In this document: in pieces, positions 25,775-38,565 of the stretch
Position numbering within the stretch: position 1 is the stretch's first letter
How the letters are laid out: every line of letters begins with the position of its first letter
NCBI GenBank assembly: GCA_050613775.1
Contig: JBODTK010000121.1
Coordinates: forward strand, 372,001-436,000
Reading direction: 5' to 3'
Length of the DNA stretch: 64,000 nt
DNA from: Neocallimastix sp. 'constans'
Lineage: Eukaryota
Made by a program: the position numbers and the translations under genes
The notes under the pieces: model-generated
Databases searched by the model: none
Told to the model about the DNA's origin: nothing
The model's input: only the letters and a program-made list of their open reading frames with translations

Positions 25775-28700
25775 TGATATGCGGGACTTTTATGTGCAAT
25801 AATTTATAAGCAGTGGGTTTTAAATAATGGTAGTTTAGTAAATTTTATTAATAAAATTATAATATTCGTACAATTAAATAATAATTCTAATTCCTAAAAA
25901 TTTACAAGCGAGTTCTCTATTTCTAGTATAAATAATTTAATTTATAAGAAATAGGTAATATATTAATTATATATTCTAATATATAGAACTATATAAATTT
26001 TATATGAAATAAAGTATTATAATTATTATAATTATAATAATACATATTGAAATAAAATAAAATAAAATAATTATTATCAAAAAGATATAAATTTAATATT
26101 TAATAATTATTATTAAATATACAAATATGTTACTACACATATTTGTTTTATATCAGAAATGCCCTTGCTAAAAATTAAACTATATATTTTTTTTATAAAA
26201 GAAAATATAAGGTTTAATTAATATAAATAATAATTTTAAAATTTTATTTTCTTTTATATTTATAATTCCTATTTATTCGTTTTGTATCAATGCGATTGTT
26301 GCTATAAATAATAATATCTTTTAACATAATCTCAGGTTTGGGCATCAAAATTTTATTAATATTTATTTTATTTTTATTGTTATTTTGAATACGAATATTT
26401 GGAATTTCAATTATCTTTTTAATTTTATTAATTTTTATTATCTTAGCACTACCAACATTAACAACTTTACTAGATTCATCTATCGGAGAATTTTAGTTAA
26501 TAATTTTTCTTTCTTTTATATAAATATTATTATTAACTGAATTCACTTTATTTGTAAATTGCTTATTTTTATTATTATTTGGAATAATTTGAGTATTGTT
26601 TATTTTTGAATTTTTATTAATAATAACTTTTGATTCTATTACTAAACTAGGAGTTATAGATTTATTAGTTCTATTGTTAATGTTTTCAACTTTTAAAGGT
26701 TCATTAATATTTATTACTTCTTTTATATTTTTATTACTATTTCTCTTGTTAATTATATTTTCAGAATTCCCAATAATATCATTATTATCTTTATTCTTTT
26801 TACTATTTGAATTAATATTTTCATTATTATCAATAGTTTTAATATTTATTGTTACAATACTATTAATTTCCATATTATTATTTTGATTTTTCTTAATATC
26901 TGTATTACCAGCGAAACTATTTTTATTTTCTTCTTTAGTTATTATAATATTACTATTTGTTTCAAATTTTCCATTATTGGCATTTCCTATTTTATAATTT
27001 TTTTTCTGAAATTATCCATTTTGAATGCGCATAATTTATTTTGTTCCACATTTACTATGTTATTCAAAGTGTTATTTTTATTATTATTATTTTTATTATT
27101 ATAAATATCATCATTATTATCATTATCATTATTATAATTATTATTATTATTATTATTATTATTAGTATTATCGGTATCCAAGTTAGATATACCATTATTG
27201 ATGATATTATTAATTGAATTATTATTAATTATGTTTTCATTAACATTATTAATATTGCTATTATTTTTATCATTATTACTGTTTACTTTATTATTATTTG
27301 TTGAACTATTTGATGAACTAATTTTAAAATATGATTTTAAAATTTTCCGATTTCTATAATGGTATGATATATTATTATCATTACTAACATTTAAATTACT
27401 GTTATTATCATTATCTACACTAAATCTATAATAATTGCAAGTGTTTTGCCTAGGTTTAGTATATTTATTTAAGTTATTATTTTGTATTCCTTGAGTCACA
27501 ATATTTATAGGATAATTCCTAAAATTCCTATGATTTCTAATATTATTTCCAATTCATATATTAGATGCATTTTTATTATATTTATCAGAAAAATTATTTT
27601 TATAATTTGATCTTTCAATTTGGCCAGAGTTTATTACACCATTATAATTATTCTTAATATTAGTAGTATAAGAATCCCATATTTCATTGCCTACTCGAGA
27701 TTTGTTTATTATACTTTCAAATTTTTCGACTAATCTACAGGCATCCTCTAGATTATCAACATCAGCCATAGCAACCATTTCATATATTCTACCTCTTGGT
27801 CGTAAAGCATTTTCATAATCAATAACAGATATATAAGACTTATCGTTGAAATCCAATTGATCGTATAGCTCCAAAAATCTAGTATTAAAATCACAAACAT
27901 TTTCATTTGGGGTTATAATAATTTTTTTTAATTGACATAGTTTATCTTCCTTCAAATTCTCCCTCCAATATTTCTTTTTAATTAATTTAACACATTCATC
28001 CAAAGTAAGAGGTCTATTTACTTCTTTTTCTTTTTCCATAAGTATCCTTACGATGTTATCTTCAACAGCTGTAATTATATAACTGAATTTATTCTCATCG
28101 GTAGTAATACCTTCCCTCTTAAACCAATCATTAATTTTAAACTTCCAGATTTCTGCATCTCTACGAGATCCACCAATTCTTGGAAGAGTCCCAGTATCTA
28201 CCCGATTGCAATTAAAATTACTATTCCTCATTATAAGCAATTAATTTAAAAAAAATAATAGTACTTATTTATTAAATTTTTGTATTTTTTTTTTTTTTTT
28301 TTTTTTTAAATATTTATATATACAATTATAATGTTCATATATATATATTATTATTTAATATAGTTATAAAATATTCCGAATTCTTATTTATTTTAAAACA
28401 ATTTATTTAAATTATACTAAAATGAATGAAATAACAAATAGTGTATAACTTTCTCTTCACCAAAGATAAAATAATTATTAATAGCCAATAAAAAAAATTA
28501 AAAATTTATATCCTAAACAGTGTATTTTAATTAATCCTAACTGAAGAGAATTTATGTAAATATATACGGATTTATAATTAATCAACAAAATTACTAAACA
28601 CCACTACTTATAAATTATTTTTTACACAGCACATCCCCGATATCTCCACCAATTTTTGATATGCGGGACTTTTATGTGCAATAATTTATAAGCAGTGGGT

Positions 28701-29037
28701 TTTAAATAATGGTAGTTTAGTAAATTTTATTAATAAAATTATAATATTCGTACAATTAAATAATAATTCTAATTCCTAAAAATTTACAAGCGAGTTCTCT
28801 ATTTCTAGTATAAATAATTTAATTTATAAGAAATAGGTAATATATTAATTATATATTCTAATATATAGAACTATATAAATTTTATATGAAATAAAGTATT
28901 ATAATTATTATAATTATAATAATACATATTGAAATAAAATAAAATAAAATAATTATTATCAAAAAGATATAAATTTAATATTTAATAATTATTATTAAAT
29001 ATACAAATATGTTACTACACATATTTGTTTTATATCA
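25775..29037 (-). mobile_element. Complete non-autonomous gag-only LTR element (family C), 3263 bp
   Basis: 381-bp LTRs (28657-29037, 25775-26155) identical by eye; 4-bp TSD TTAT; PBS TGGTGGAGATATCGGGGA (28651-28634); no PR/RT/RH/IN motifs. Confidence 0.93.
27554..28240 (-). CDS. gag: Gag capsid-like protein, followed by Asn-rich ORFs 26987-27499 and 26493-26873
   Basis: LPRIGG...AEIWKF...DFNTRFL homologous to Gag 51394-52167. The TGA at 27554 is TGG in the copy near 16863. Confidence 0.85.
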   Translation of the reverse strand: MLIMRNSNFNCNRVDTGTLPRIGGSRRDAEIWKFKINDWFKREGITTDENKFSYIITAVEDNIVRILMEKEKEVNRPLTLDECVKLIKKKYWRENLKEDKLCQLKKIIITPNENVCDFNTRFLELYDQLDFNDKSYISVIDYENALRPRGRIYEMVAMADVDNLEDACRLVEKFESIINKSRVGNEIWDSYTTNIKNNYNGVINSGQIERSNYKNNFSDKYNKNASNI

Positions 29038-29286
29038 TTATTTAATATATATTAATTTCAATATGTTAATAATATTTAGTCAATTAGTTGGCCTACTCTA
29101 ATTCCTAAATATTTTAATAAAGTTAATTTAATAATAATTATTATATATTATTATTCATTAATATTGAAATTCAAATAACTGAATTATTGAAATTGAAATT
29201 GAATTGAAATTCAGTTATTATCTTAACATTAAGGATTAAGAAATATAGACTTATAACAATAAGTCTAATTTCTTACAACATCATGA

Positions 29287-30040
29287 TAAATAACAATATT
29301 AATAAATCTTGAAAATATATTATACATAAAATCAAAACTAACCTTAGCCAAGTTTAATAATAATTTAATAAAATAAAATAAAATAAAATAAAAAATTTAA
29401 TTAATTAATTAAATAAATCAAATAAATTAATAATTACATAAATACTCAGATAAGAAAGAAATAATATATATTTTTTTTAAAATAAAAATATTAAGATTAA
29501 ATTTAAAATAAAATAATTAATTTTTATAATTAATTTTATAATAATTTTTATAATTAGTTTTATAATTAAATAATAATTTTATAATAACAGAATTAATTAA
29601 TTTAAATAACAAAATATTTTTAATTATTTTTATAATAAACAAATTTATTTATTCTATCATTAAATATTTATTTTATTATTAATTTTATTACTTTTATTTT
29701 ATTTAATTATTCTTTTTATTTATAAATTATAAATAGTTTAATTTTAAAGAAAAATATAAATACTTGTAAATATTTCATGTAAATATTATTATTATTATTA
29801 ATTAATTTTATAATTTTAATAATCACTTTTAATTTTTATAATGGTTAATAAATTTTAATAAAAGATTTATAAAATAAAATATTAGAAAACAAGTGTTCTA
29901 ATAAATCAATTTTTAGTGTTATTTTAATAAAACATTTTTTATTCATAAATAACTTATACTGTTATTATTAAAATAAATTGAAATTATCACTTTATAATTC
30001 TATATTAAAATTAAGATAATTTCTAAAATTTATCAATTAT
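29287..30040. repeat. AT-rich interspersed repeat (probably LTR-derived), direct copy at ~53775-54527
   Basis: ~750 bp of direct similarity. Confidence 0.8.
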
Positions 30041-31760
30041 TTTACCCTAAATATCGTTAATCAATGGTGCCTACCTTGCCATGTATACTAAATGTCACTG
30101 GTTCGAATCTTATCTTTTACCTTTTGGAATAAAATATTTTTTTAGTTATTAATTCTTTTATTCATTTAATATTAATAATACTATTTATTAAAATAATTAT
30201 CATGTATTCAATTAATTCTAAACCAATCATGTATTTTAATTATAAACTTTCTGAATATAAAAATCATGTATTATTATTTTATTTTGACTCTTTGAGTCGA
30301 TATTAACAAAGTAACATATCTTAAAATTAATATTAAATAAAAAAATAATATAAAACTATAATTATGATAATATTAAATAATGAGATAATTTAGTGTAATA
30401 ATAAATAATAAAGTCTCACATTTAGTAGTTTGTTTATTAGTTAACACATCTACAATGACCTAGTGAGATACAATATATAACAAAATCGTTACAATATTAG
30501 AATAGTATTTTTATTTTAATTGAATATTTTAACAGATTGTAATAATAATTATAGCCAATTAAATAAATTCTTATTAGTAACATTTTAGATAGATTTTTCT
30601 AAAAAAAAAAAAAAAAAAAATGTTTTATTAATATTATAAATGTATTTTATCTATATTGTTATCATTAAATTTTATATAATTGACTATAAAAATCAGTTTA
30701 AATTTAATAAATTTTATAAAAAAATAAAATGTAATAATATAAAATTTAGTGGCAAGGACAACTTTTATGCCTTAAAAAAAAAGTATAAATAGTTGTAAAT
30801 TTTGCTACCAATTTTTATAAGATCATCAATTAATTAATTAATAAATTAATAAAAAATAATAAATAAATAAATAAAATTTGTGTATTTACTTATTGTTTTT
30901 ATTTAATTCTCTAAACCTTAACATTATGTAAGAACTACTTTATGAAGTTATTCATAAATTAGTTCTGTTCTACAATTTATTAATGAAGTACATTAATAGA
31001 TTGAGAGGTGTAATGTAAGATATACTTACCTAGGTCGAGTTTATTATAAGAGTTAACAATTAATAAAACGGATTAAAATATTAGAACACAATATTTGTTT
31101 ATTATTTAAGATAATTTTGTTTTAATATGCTTTATTAATTAATAATGTTTTTTAAGAATTAAGATTTAAAATAATAAGAATAATTTTTTATTTTATTTGG
31201 TTATTATTATTGCTCTTTCTTATAATAATAACTCTTGATTTCTCTAAAGCGAATTCAAGAGTAGTATTTATACTTTTTAATTAAAATAAGGTTAAATTTA
31301 AAAAAGAGATTCTAATCTTAACAAATATCTTGTTTAGGAAAAGATTATAAGAAAAACCTAAGCAAGCTTCAATCAATATTCTATTAATATTGATTATCGT
31401 ATCAATTAAGTAAAACCGAATACTTTCTAAAGTAATTGGGAAAACCTTAAAAGACGGATTTCCTAAATTTGAACTAATAAAAAACTTACAACAAATTTAA
31501 ATAAATTATTTTGAACTAAGCCATTGACGGGCTTCTGGAGCTAGCTTCATAGCAGTATTATGTCCACAGTTACCATCGTAGAAGTATTGTTGGTGTTAGA
31601 ATATGTGAAATATATGAAAAATAAGCTTCAAATATATATATATTGTAATATAAATAATATATAATCCACAATGTATTAATATAAAACATTTAATTTAGAA
31701 TAATTAAGTGCCAGTAACTATTTATCATAAAATATTTTAATAAAATTGACATAATTATTA

Positions 31761-32428
31761 AAGTATTATTTATTTTTATTATTATTATTACATATATATA
31801 TTCAAGTAAAAATAAGAAGATCCTTTTTTATTTTTTAGCAATAGAGATTCTTCTAATTGAGAAACTTCATTACTACTACTGGTTAATAAAATACTTTCTG
31901 AAGTTGAAATATCACTTTCCATGGATAATTATGCGTTTCTCGATGAAGATATGTCACTACTATTGCTCATAAAATTATTTTTTGATGGTAATGAACTTTT
32001 ATTATTAATGATTCTAGTATTTTCTGATTTTGATAAATCATCATTCGCTCTTTCCAATAATTATATATATACTTGATTATTCATTTAAAACTATCTAACG
32101 ACTTTCTTACATACTTCTCTTAATTCAGAAAAATGTTTTATTTTTATGAAATTTGATTATAATTTAATAATATAAATCAATGTTATTCTTTAAATAATAA
32201 TAATTAATATTTATAATACATAAAAATTAAAAAGTTTATTTAAATCATAAGAATAACTAATTAGATAATTAATTATAATCAAATATCGTAAAAATAAAAA
32301 TATTTTTATGAATTAAGAGAAGTGTGAGAAAGCTATTAGTTTTAAATGTTAAATCAAGTACCACTATTTTTACTTGAATAAATATATGTAATCATAATAA
32401 AATTAAATAAATAATTTAATAATACTTT
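31761..32428. mobile_element. Foldback/MITE-like inverted-repeat element carrying a host gene fragment
   Basis: 31761-31814 inverts to 32365-32428; 32071-32145 inverts to 32290-32360. No TSD identified. Confidence 0.6.
31816..32061 (-). pseudogene. 246-bp copy of the receptor gene tail (41422-41667)
   Basis: Direct repeat with 2 mismatches seen. Confidence 0.95.
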
Positions 32429-32788
32429 AATAAACTTATAAAATTAATCCCAACAATGGCTAAATTAAATTAATGGTAATATCAAACTTAATTGTAGTAT
32501 TTTATTAAGACAATACTATAATTTGATTTAAACAAATTTAAATAAAAAAATTTTATCTTATATTGTTTCAGGGCTTGTAAATTAACTTTTTTTAGCTTTA
32601 TTTTAAGGTTTGAATTATTTATAAAAAAATTTTGAATTGATATTTTTTTAGATAAATTAATTGGAAAAAAAAAAGGATAAATTTATTTACTTTAAGAAAA
32701 AAAATTTTAAAGGTTTAAAAAGCATATTATTATAAAATAATCCCTTTTTATTTATTTATTTAAAATAATTAATTATCTCTCTTTTTTT

Positions 32789-33095
32789 TATATTCATTTA
32801 TAATCATTTATATTCATTTATATTCATTTATATTTATTTATAATCATTTATATTCATTTATATTCATTTATATTATATTCATTTATATTCATTTATATTC
32901 ATTTATAATCATTTATATTCATTTATATTCATTTATATTCATTTATATTCATTTATAATCATTTATATTCATTTATATTCATTTATATTCATTTATATTC
33001 ATTTATAATCATTTATATTCATTTATATTCATTTATATTCATTTATATTCATTTATATTCATTTATATTCATTTATATTCATTTGTATTCATTTA
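32789..33095. repeat. Minisatellite (ATTTATATTC)n, ~30 units
   Basis: Visible 10-bp tandem array with ATTTATAATC variants. Confidence 0.97.
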
Positions 33096-33189
33096 CTTAT
33101 TAAGTTTTTGTTATTATTAAATTATTTTGTTTAATAAAATATTATAAAAATAAGATATTATTAATTAACTATATTATATTAAAAAATGT

Positions 33190-34560
33190 AGATATTAAAC
33201 TAAATTTCTAAAACTTTCTCGTAAGTTTAATTTTCTCTTAATTGCCAAAAAATCATTTTACTAAATTTCTTTAATAGAGGTCTATTTAAATATTTAGTCA
33301 AACTATCAGCTAAATTATTTTCAGATTTAATGTATTCTAATTTAATTTTTTTTTCATCACTAATTCTCTTATTTTGTAATTTATTATTATATTTCATTAT
33401 ATTTTAAGATATTTCATTATATCTTAAACTTATATGTCTTGATTTATGATTTATCGTTTCGTTTTCACTGTTGTAGATTGCAGCTTTATTGTCTATTGTT
33501 ATTTTAAATGTCCTTTCATTTATATGTAATTCCAAGAAATTTCTCAACTACGAACATTTCAATGTGCATTCATTGAGGCTGTAATATTCACTTTCGTCTG
33601 TAGATATTGGTATACAATGTTGAATTTCCGAGTACCATGAAATTGGTGTATTGCCTATATTAATTATAAAACCAATTGTTAATATTTTTGTCTCTTCATT
33701 ACCACCTAAGTATGTATCTACATAAACATTTAAATCTATATTGTTAGTAAACTTTAATCTATAATTTTTTGTACCTTATGTAGCAAAAAATTTTTAAAAC
33801 ATTTAGCCAATCTTCATAGGGATGATTCCTATTTTTTTTTGGAAGCTTTACTATTAGCAAATAAAATGTCTAGCCTAATTCCTATCGCTAGATATAGCAG
33901 ACATCCTACAGCTTGCATATACTTTATTGCATTTAAATTTTCTTTTACTTAATTCTTCATTTTATATATAAGATAAACTTGATATTTCATTATATTTTTC
34001 TATTTTAAAATTTTCTCGAATTTCCTATTATGAAACCTACTAGTCCGATGTCACTTAAGTCAAATACTATTTTAATTTCTGATTTAACAAATTTAATATC
34101 TTTTCTTTCTTGATATATAGTTATATCATCAACATATAATACAAATATCCATAAAACGTTACCTTTATGACACTTTTTTATAGTAAACACATGTTTCACT
34201 TTTTGATCTGATAAAATTCAATTTTAATAATATGTTATTCGTTTTATTACTCTAAAGTATATCGGCTTTCTTTAAACCATATATTGCTTTGTTTTGACTC
34301 CAAAAACCAACAGAATTTTTAATACCATTAGAAATTAGTCTTCATCTACTTCATCTACTTCGGCATTAAGATATGCTACTTTAATATCTAATTAGTTGTA
34401 AAGAATCCTAAATATTTTTTACTATAGAATAAAGATTTTTATTTTTCATATTACTCAATTCTTCTTTAACTGCTTTTTTTAACCATTCTTTTTCATCAGG
34501 TCTTCCAAAAATATCCTTAAAACTAAGCAGTAGTTCTAAGTAGTAGTTCTAGTTCTCGAC
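33190..34560 (-). pseudogene. Highly degenerate Ty1/Copia RT-RNase H
   Basis: AYLNAEVDE, LYVDDI, ADSLTK motifs with many stops and frameshifts. Confidence 0.85.
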
Positions 34561-34711
34561 TTTCTTCAAATTTTGATTAATTCAAATTATTTATTGTTCT
34601 AAATTTTTTTATATAATTTTTCAGTTTCATCGATAAATCTTCTTTTATTTATATAGTTATTTTTATTAATATCATTTTTAATATTATTTTATATTGTAAC
34701 GAATACTAAAA

Positions 34712-35498
34712 TGGTATGGTTCATATTAATTTAGGGAATATAATAATAATTAGCACAAAAATTAAAATTACAATAAAAATAATTTTATTTTAAATCAATT
34801 TTATTTATTTAAAATTATAAAAGAAAAATAATAATAATATAATTATTATATTTAAGAAAAAGTAAGTTATTGATTATATTTTATTTCACTAAAAATTACA
34901 TGTATTTATATTTTTTTATCAAATTAAAATTTGTAAAGCCTAACTATTTCTTAATAAACTAATTACTAATTATTTTAATAAATAAAACATTTAAATTGAG
35001 ATTGAATTATTATTTTAGTTAATAATATTATTGTTATAAATAGTAGTTACATATTATTGAATTAATTATTTAATAATAGTTTAATATTAATATATATAAA
35101 ATAAAAATAAAGAGATTATACAGAATATTTTAATTGTGGCTTAGTTAAATTTAGTAATTAAAATAAATTTAAATTGATAACGAAAATTTTAATAACTAAT
35201 TAAATAGATTTGATTATTACTTTCAATATAACATATTACATAAGAAATATAATATTAATATATTTGGTGCGCAAGGACATTATTCTTACTTAAAGATTTT
35301 AATACAATATAATGGAATCGGATCGATGATTCAGTAAGGAATTATAAGTTGATTGGTGATTTATTAACTTAATAGTTCTATTTAGTAATATTTAAAGAAT
35401 ATTGGAAAGTTCCAATTATATAGAATAGAATAATCTATAAGGTTAAAATAATTTATATTATTCTAGCATAATTAGTATTATTTGTTCGTTCTATATTA
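34712..35498 (-). repeat. 3' LTR, family D (787 bp)
   Basis: Inverted homolog of 61491-62277, preceded by PPT AGCGGGGAAA. Confidence 0.9.
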
Positions 35499-35523
35499 AG
35501 ATTTCCCCGCTAAGACTCAAGCT

Positions 35524-37480
35524 AGGTAGAAGCTGAGTTAAACTTGACAATATTTTTCAAATGAACATTACGATTCATTTGTATATTAGTAGCGGAGTCG
35601 GCTAAAATGACTGTATTGAATTGTTTCTTCACCACTTTCATAGGTTCAACAAAATAAGGCTCTAATTTAGTTCTATTAAAGTTTCTTACTAGTACTAAAT
35701 CACATGGTTTTATTCTTTTAGCTCTAACTTGTGTCTTTGAAATCTTCTTATTTTTACTTTATCTCCAATTTTATAATTATTCTTATTTGACATACTTTGT
35801 ATAGCTTCCCTTCTAGTCTTCCAATAATTAATGGTTCCTAATCTTTTATTAGCAGCTTCTTTAATCCAACGTTGATGTTCCAAGAATCGTTCGATAAGAA
35901 GTTCATCCATAGTTCTTTGAATTGGTTCCTCAATAGAATTCCTAATGTTAATTTCAATAGGTAGTAAGTCTTCCCGTCCATATAATAATTCGAAACTAGA
36001 GTATCCTGATACTGACGATTTTGATGTTCGTAAAGCCCATAACACTAAAGGTAATAGTAAATCCCAATTCTCATTATCTTCTACAAAGTTCCTAAGTTTC
36101 TTTTCGATTTCTCTATTTCTATTTTCTACAAGTCCATTAGAAGCTGGGTTATAAACTGAAACAAAGTAAATATATATCCCATATAAATCTAAAAATATTT
36201 TGGTATAATCTGAATTTAACTGAGCTCCATTATCCATATTTATAACTTGTGGAAGTCCGTGCCTACTAAATACTTCAATTAGGAAATTTGTTACGTCTTG
36301 AGAAGTTACTGAACCTATTGGCTTTGCTTCTACCCAACTTGTAAAATAGTCCACACATACTATTAAGTATTTAAAACCTCTAGGAGTCTGTTTAAGTAGA
36401 CCTACTATATCTGATCCTAACTTTACAAAAGGAGCTTCCACAGGAGATGGAAATTTTTCTATCTGTCCAGGAATAGATTCAGATCTGGTTAATTGACATA
36501 TTTTGCAAAGAGAGACGTACTTTTTGATATCAATAACCATATTTTTCCAATAATAATTTTGTCTTATTCTATCGTACGTCTTCTGTATCCCATCATGTCC
36601 AGTTCCGTGGGCCATACCTATAATTTTTATCTTCTCTAAGTAGTCATCTATTACCAATCGTAGTTTATTATTATTTTTAATATAAGTTTTACCATCTATT
36701 GTAAGTATTCGATCTTTCAAGAATGTTTTCATAAATTCAACTATATATTTTTCGTTTTCATCATCATTTATTGTCTCAATTAGATTATTTTCATCATTAT
36801 CACTGTTATTCTCTATAGAATTATTCCCTCCATCATTATTTTCTTCGTTATTATTATTATTAATTAACGTATCTATTATATATTATCTTTTTTTCTAATT
36901 CTTGATAGTGCACAAGGGATAATATTACCCTTACCAGGTTGATATACAATATTAACTTGAAGTTGACTAAAATGATTACACCAACGAGCATGTATAATAG
37001 TAGCAGGCTCTAACTTCTTAATTATAGAAACTAAAGGTAGGTGGTCAGTATATAAAATTATCTGAAATGGATTACTAAGTATATATGGTCTAAATTGATT
37101 AATACAATAGTATGCAGCGGTACCCTCTAATTCTGTAATGGCATAATTTCTTTCTGATTTGGTTAGAGAGCGGTTAACAAAATAAACTGGATGTTCTATA
37201 TTATCATCATATAATTGTAGTAAGACACCACCAATACCATTAAAACTAGCAACAGAGAGGATGATAAATGGTTTATCAAATTTTGGGTTACAAAGAATAG
37301 GTGTATTAACTAACGCGTTTATCATTTTATTGAAACTTTCAGTATGTTCCAATGTCCAGACATATTCTACATTTTTCCTTAATAATTTACATAATGGAGC
37401 TGATATTAATGCATAATTATCAATAAAATTTCTATAGTAACCATACCTAGAAAAGAACGCAACTCCGTAAATATTATTTG
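35524..37480 (-). pseudogene. pol: Chimeric Gypsy RNase H-integrase fragment
   Basis: TDH, HHCC, DNG, ENRN motifs (family C-like) joined at ~35720 to the family D integrase C-terminus (matches 61267-61467). Confidence 0.88.
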
Positions 37481-37683
37481 GGATATATCCTCTATCGGAA
37501 CTAAGGAAACCAATTTATTTTGTTAAGATTTTGAAATATTTTATATTTTAAATTTAAATAAAATAATATGTTTTATTAAAATTTTACTAAGTCAATATGT
37601 CTATATAGTAATATGCTATATAGATATATAATAATAATAATAAATATTTAAATGGTTTAGTTTAATAAAAGTTTATTTATAAT

Positions 37684-38400
37684 TGTAACGGAAACCTGAA
37701 TGTTCCAATACTAAAAGGACACTTAGAATAAGTAAACTAAACACAAGAATTAGTAAACACAAAATATTAATATTGAAGCACTTGATTCCTTTGTTGATTA
37801 GGAAGGTCGGTGCTGAAATATTAGTAATATTGGTTTTATTTATTATTCTATTTATTTAATTATTTATTTAAAAATTGTTTTATTAGAAATATGTTTTATT
37901 ACTAATAATAATAAACTACGTTAAAATACGATAAAAGCACGAAGAGAAATATTTTCAAGTGAAAATTCATACCTATTTATACTTTTTTTGGAAAAACAGT
38001 TTTCATGATTTTGAAAAATTATAGAATTGTGGAAAATTCGTTTAAAACCGATTTTAGCCACAAAAATAGAAACTAATAAAAATAAGGAATAAAATAGAAT
38101 AAAATATAATTTTAACTATTAAGAATTTCTATAAAATTCTTATTTTGAAAAAAAATTTAAAATTAAATTTTAAATGTAGTAAAAAATATTGAAGTTAAAA
38201 ATTAATAATAAATAAAATATTTATTTAACTCAATATATATTATTATATAAATTAAAAAGTATTTTTAATTTTAGTTTTTTAATATATAAATTTTTGCTTT
38301 TTTTAATTTATATTTTTATTATTTTTATTTTTATTTTTTATTAATATTTTAACTATAGAAAAAAATTATAAAAATATTCTCTACTGTAAATTTTAATAAA
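37684..38400 (-). repeat. LTR related to 17654-18832 and 13312-13933 (5' end unresolved)
   Basis: Ends CCGTTACA on minus; TATA GTATAAATAGG and GTGCTTTTAT as in 18604-18657. Confidence 0.65.
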
Positions 38401-38521
38401 TATAATCATTTATTAAAATTAGATATATAAAAGTATAAATGATCATTATTTATCAATATTAAAATATATATACATATATGTAAAATATTTCTTAAATATT
38501 CATGATTTTTACCATATTAAA

Positions 38522-38524
<3 letters not shown>

Positions 38525-38565
<41 letters not shown>

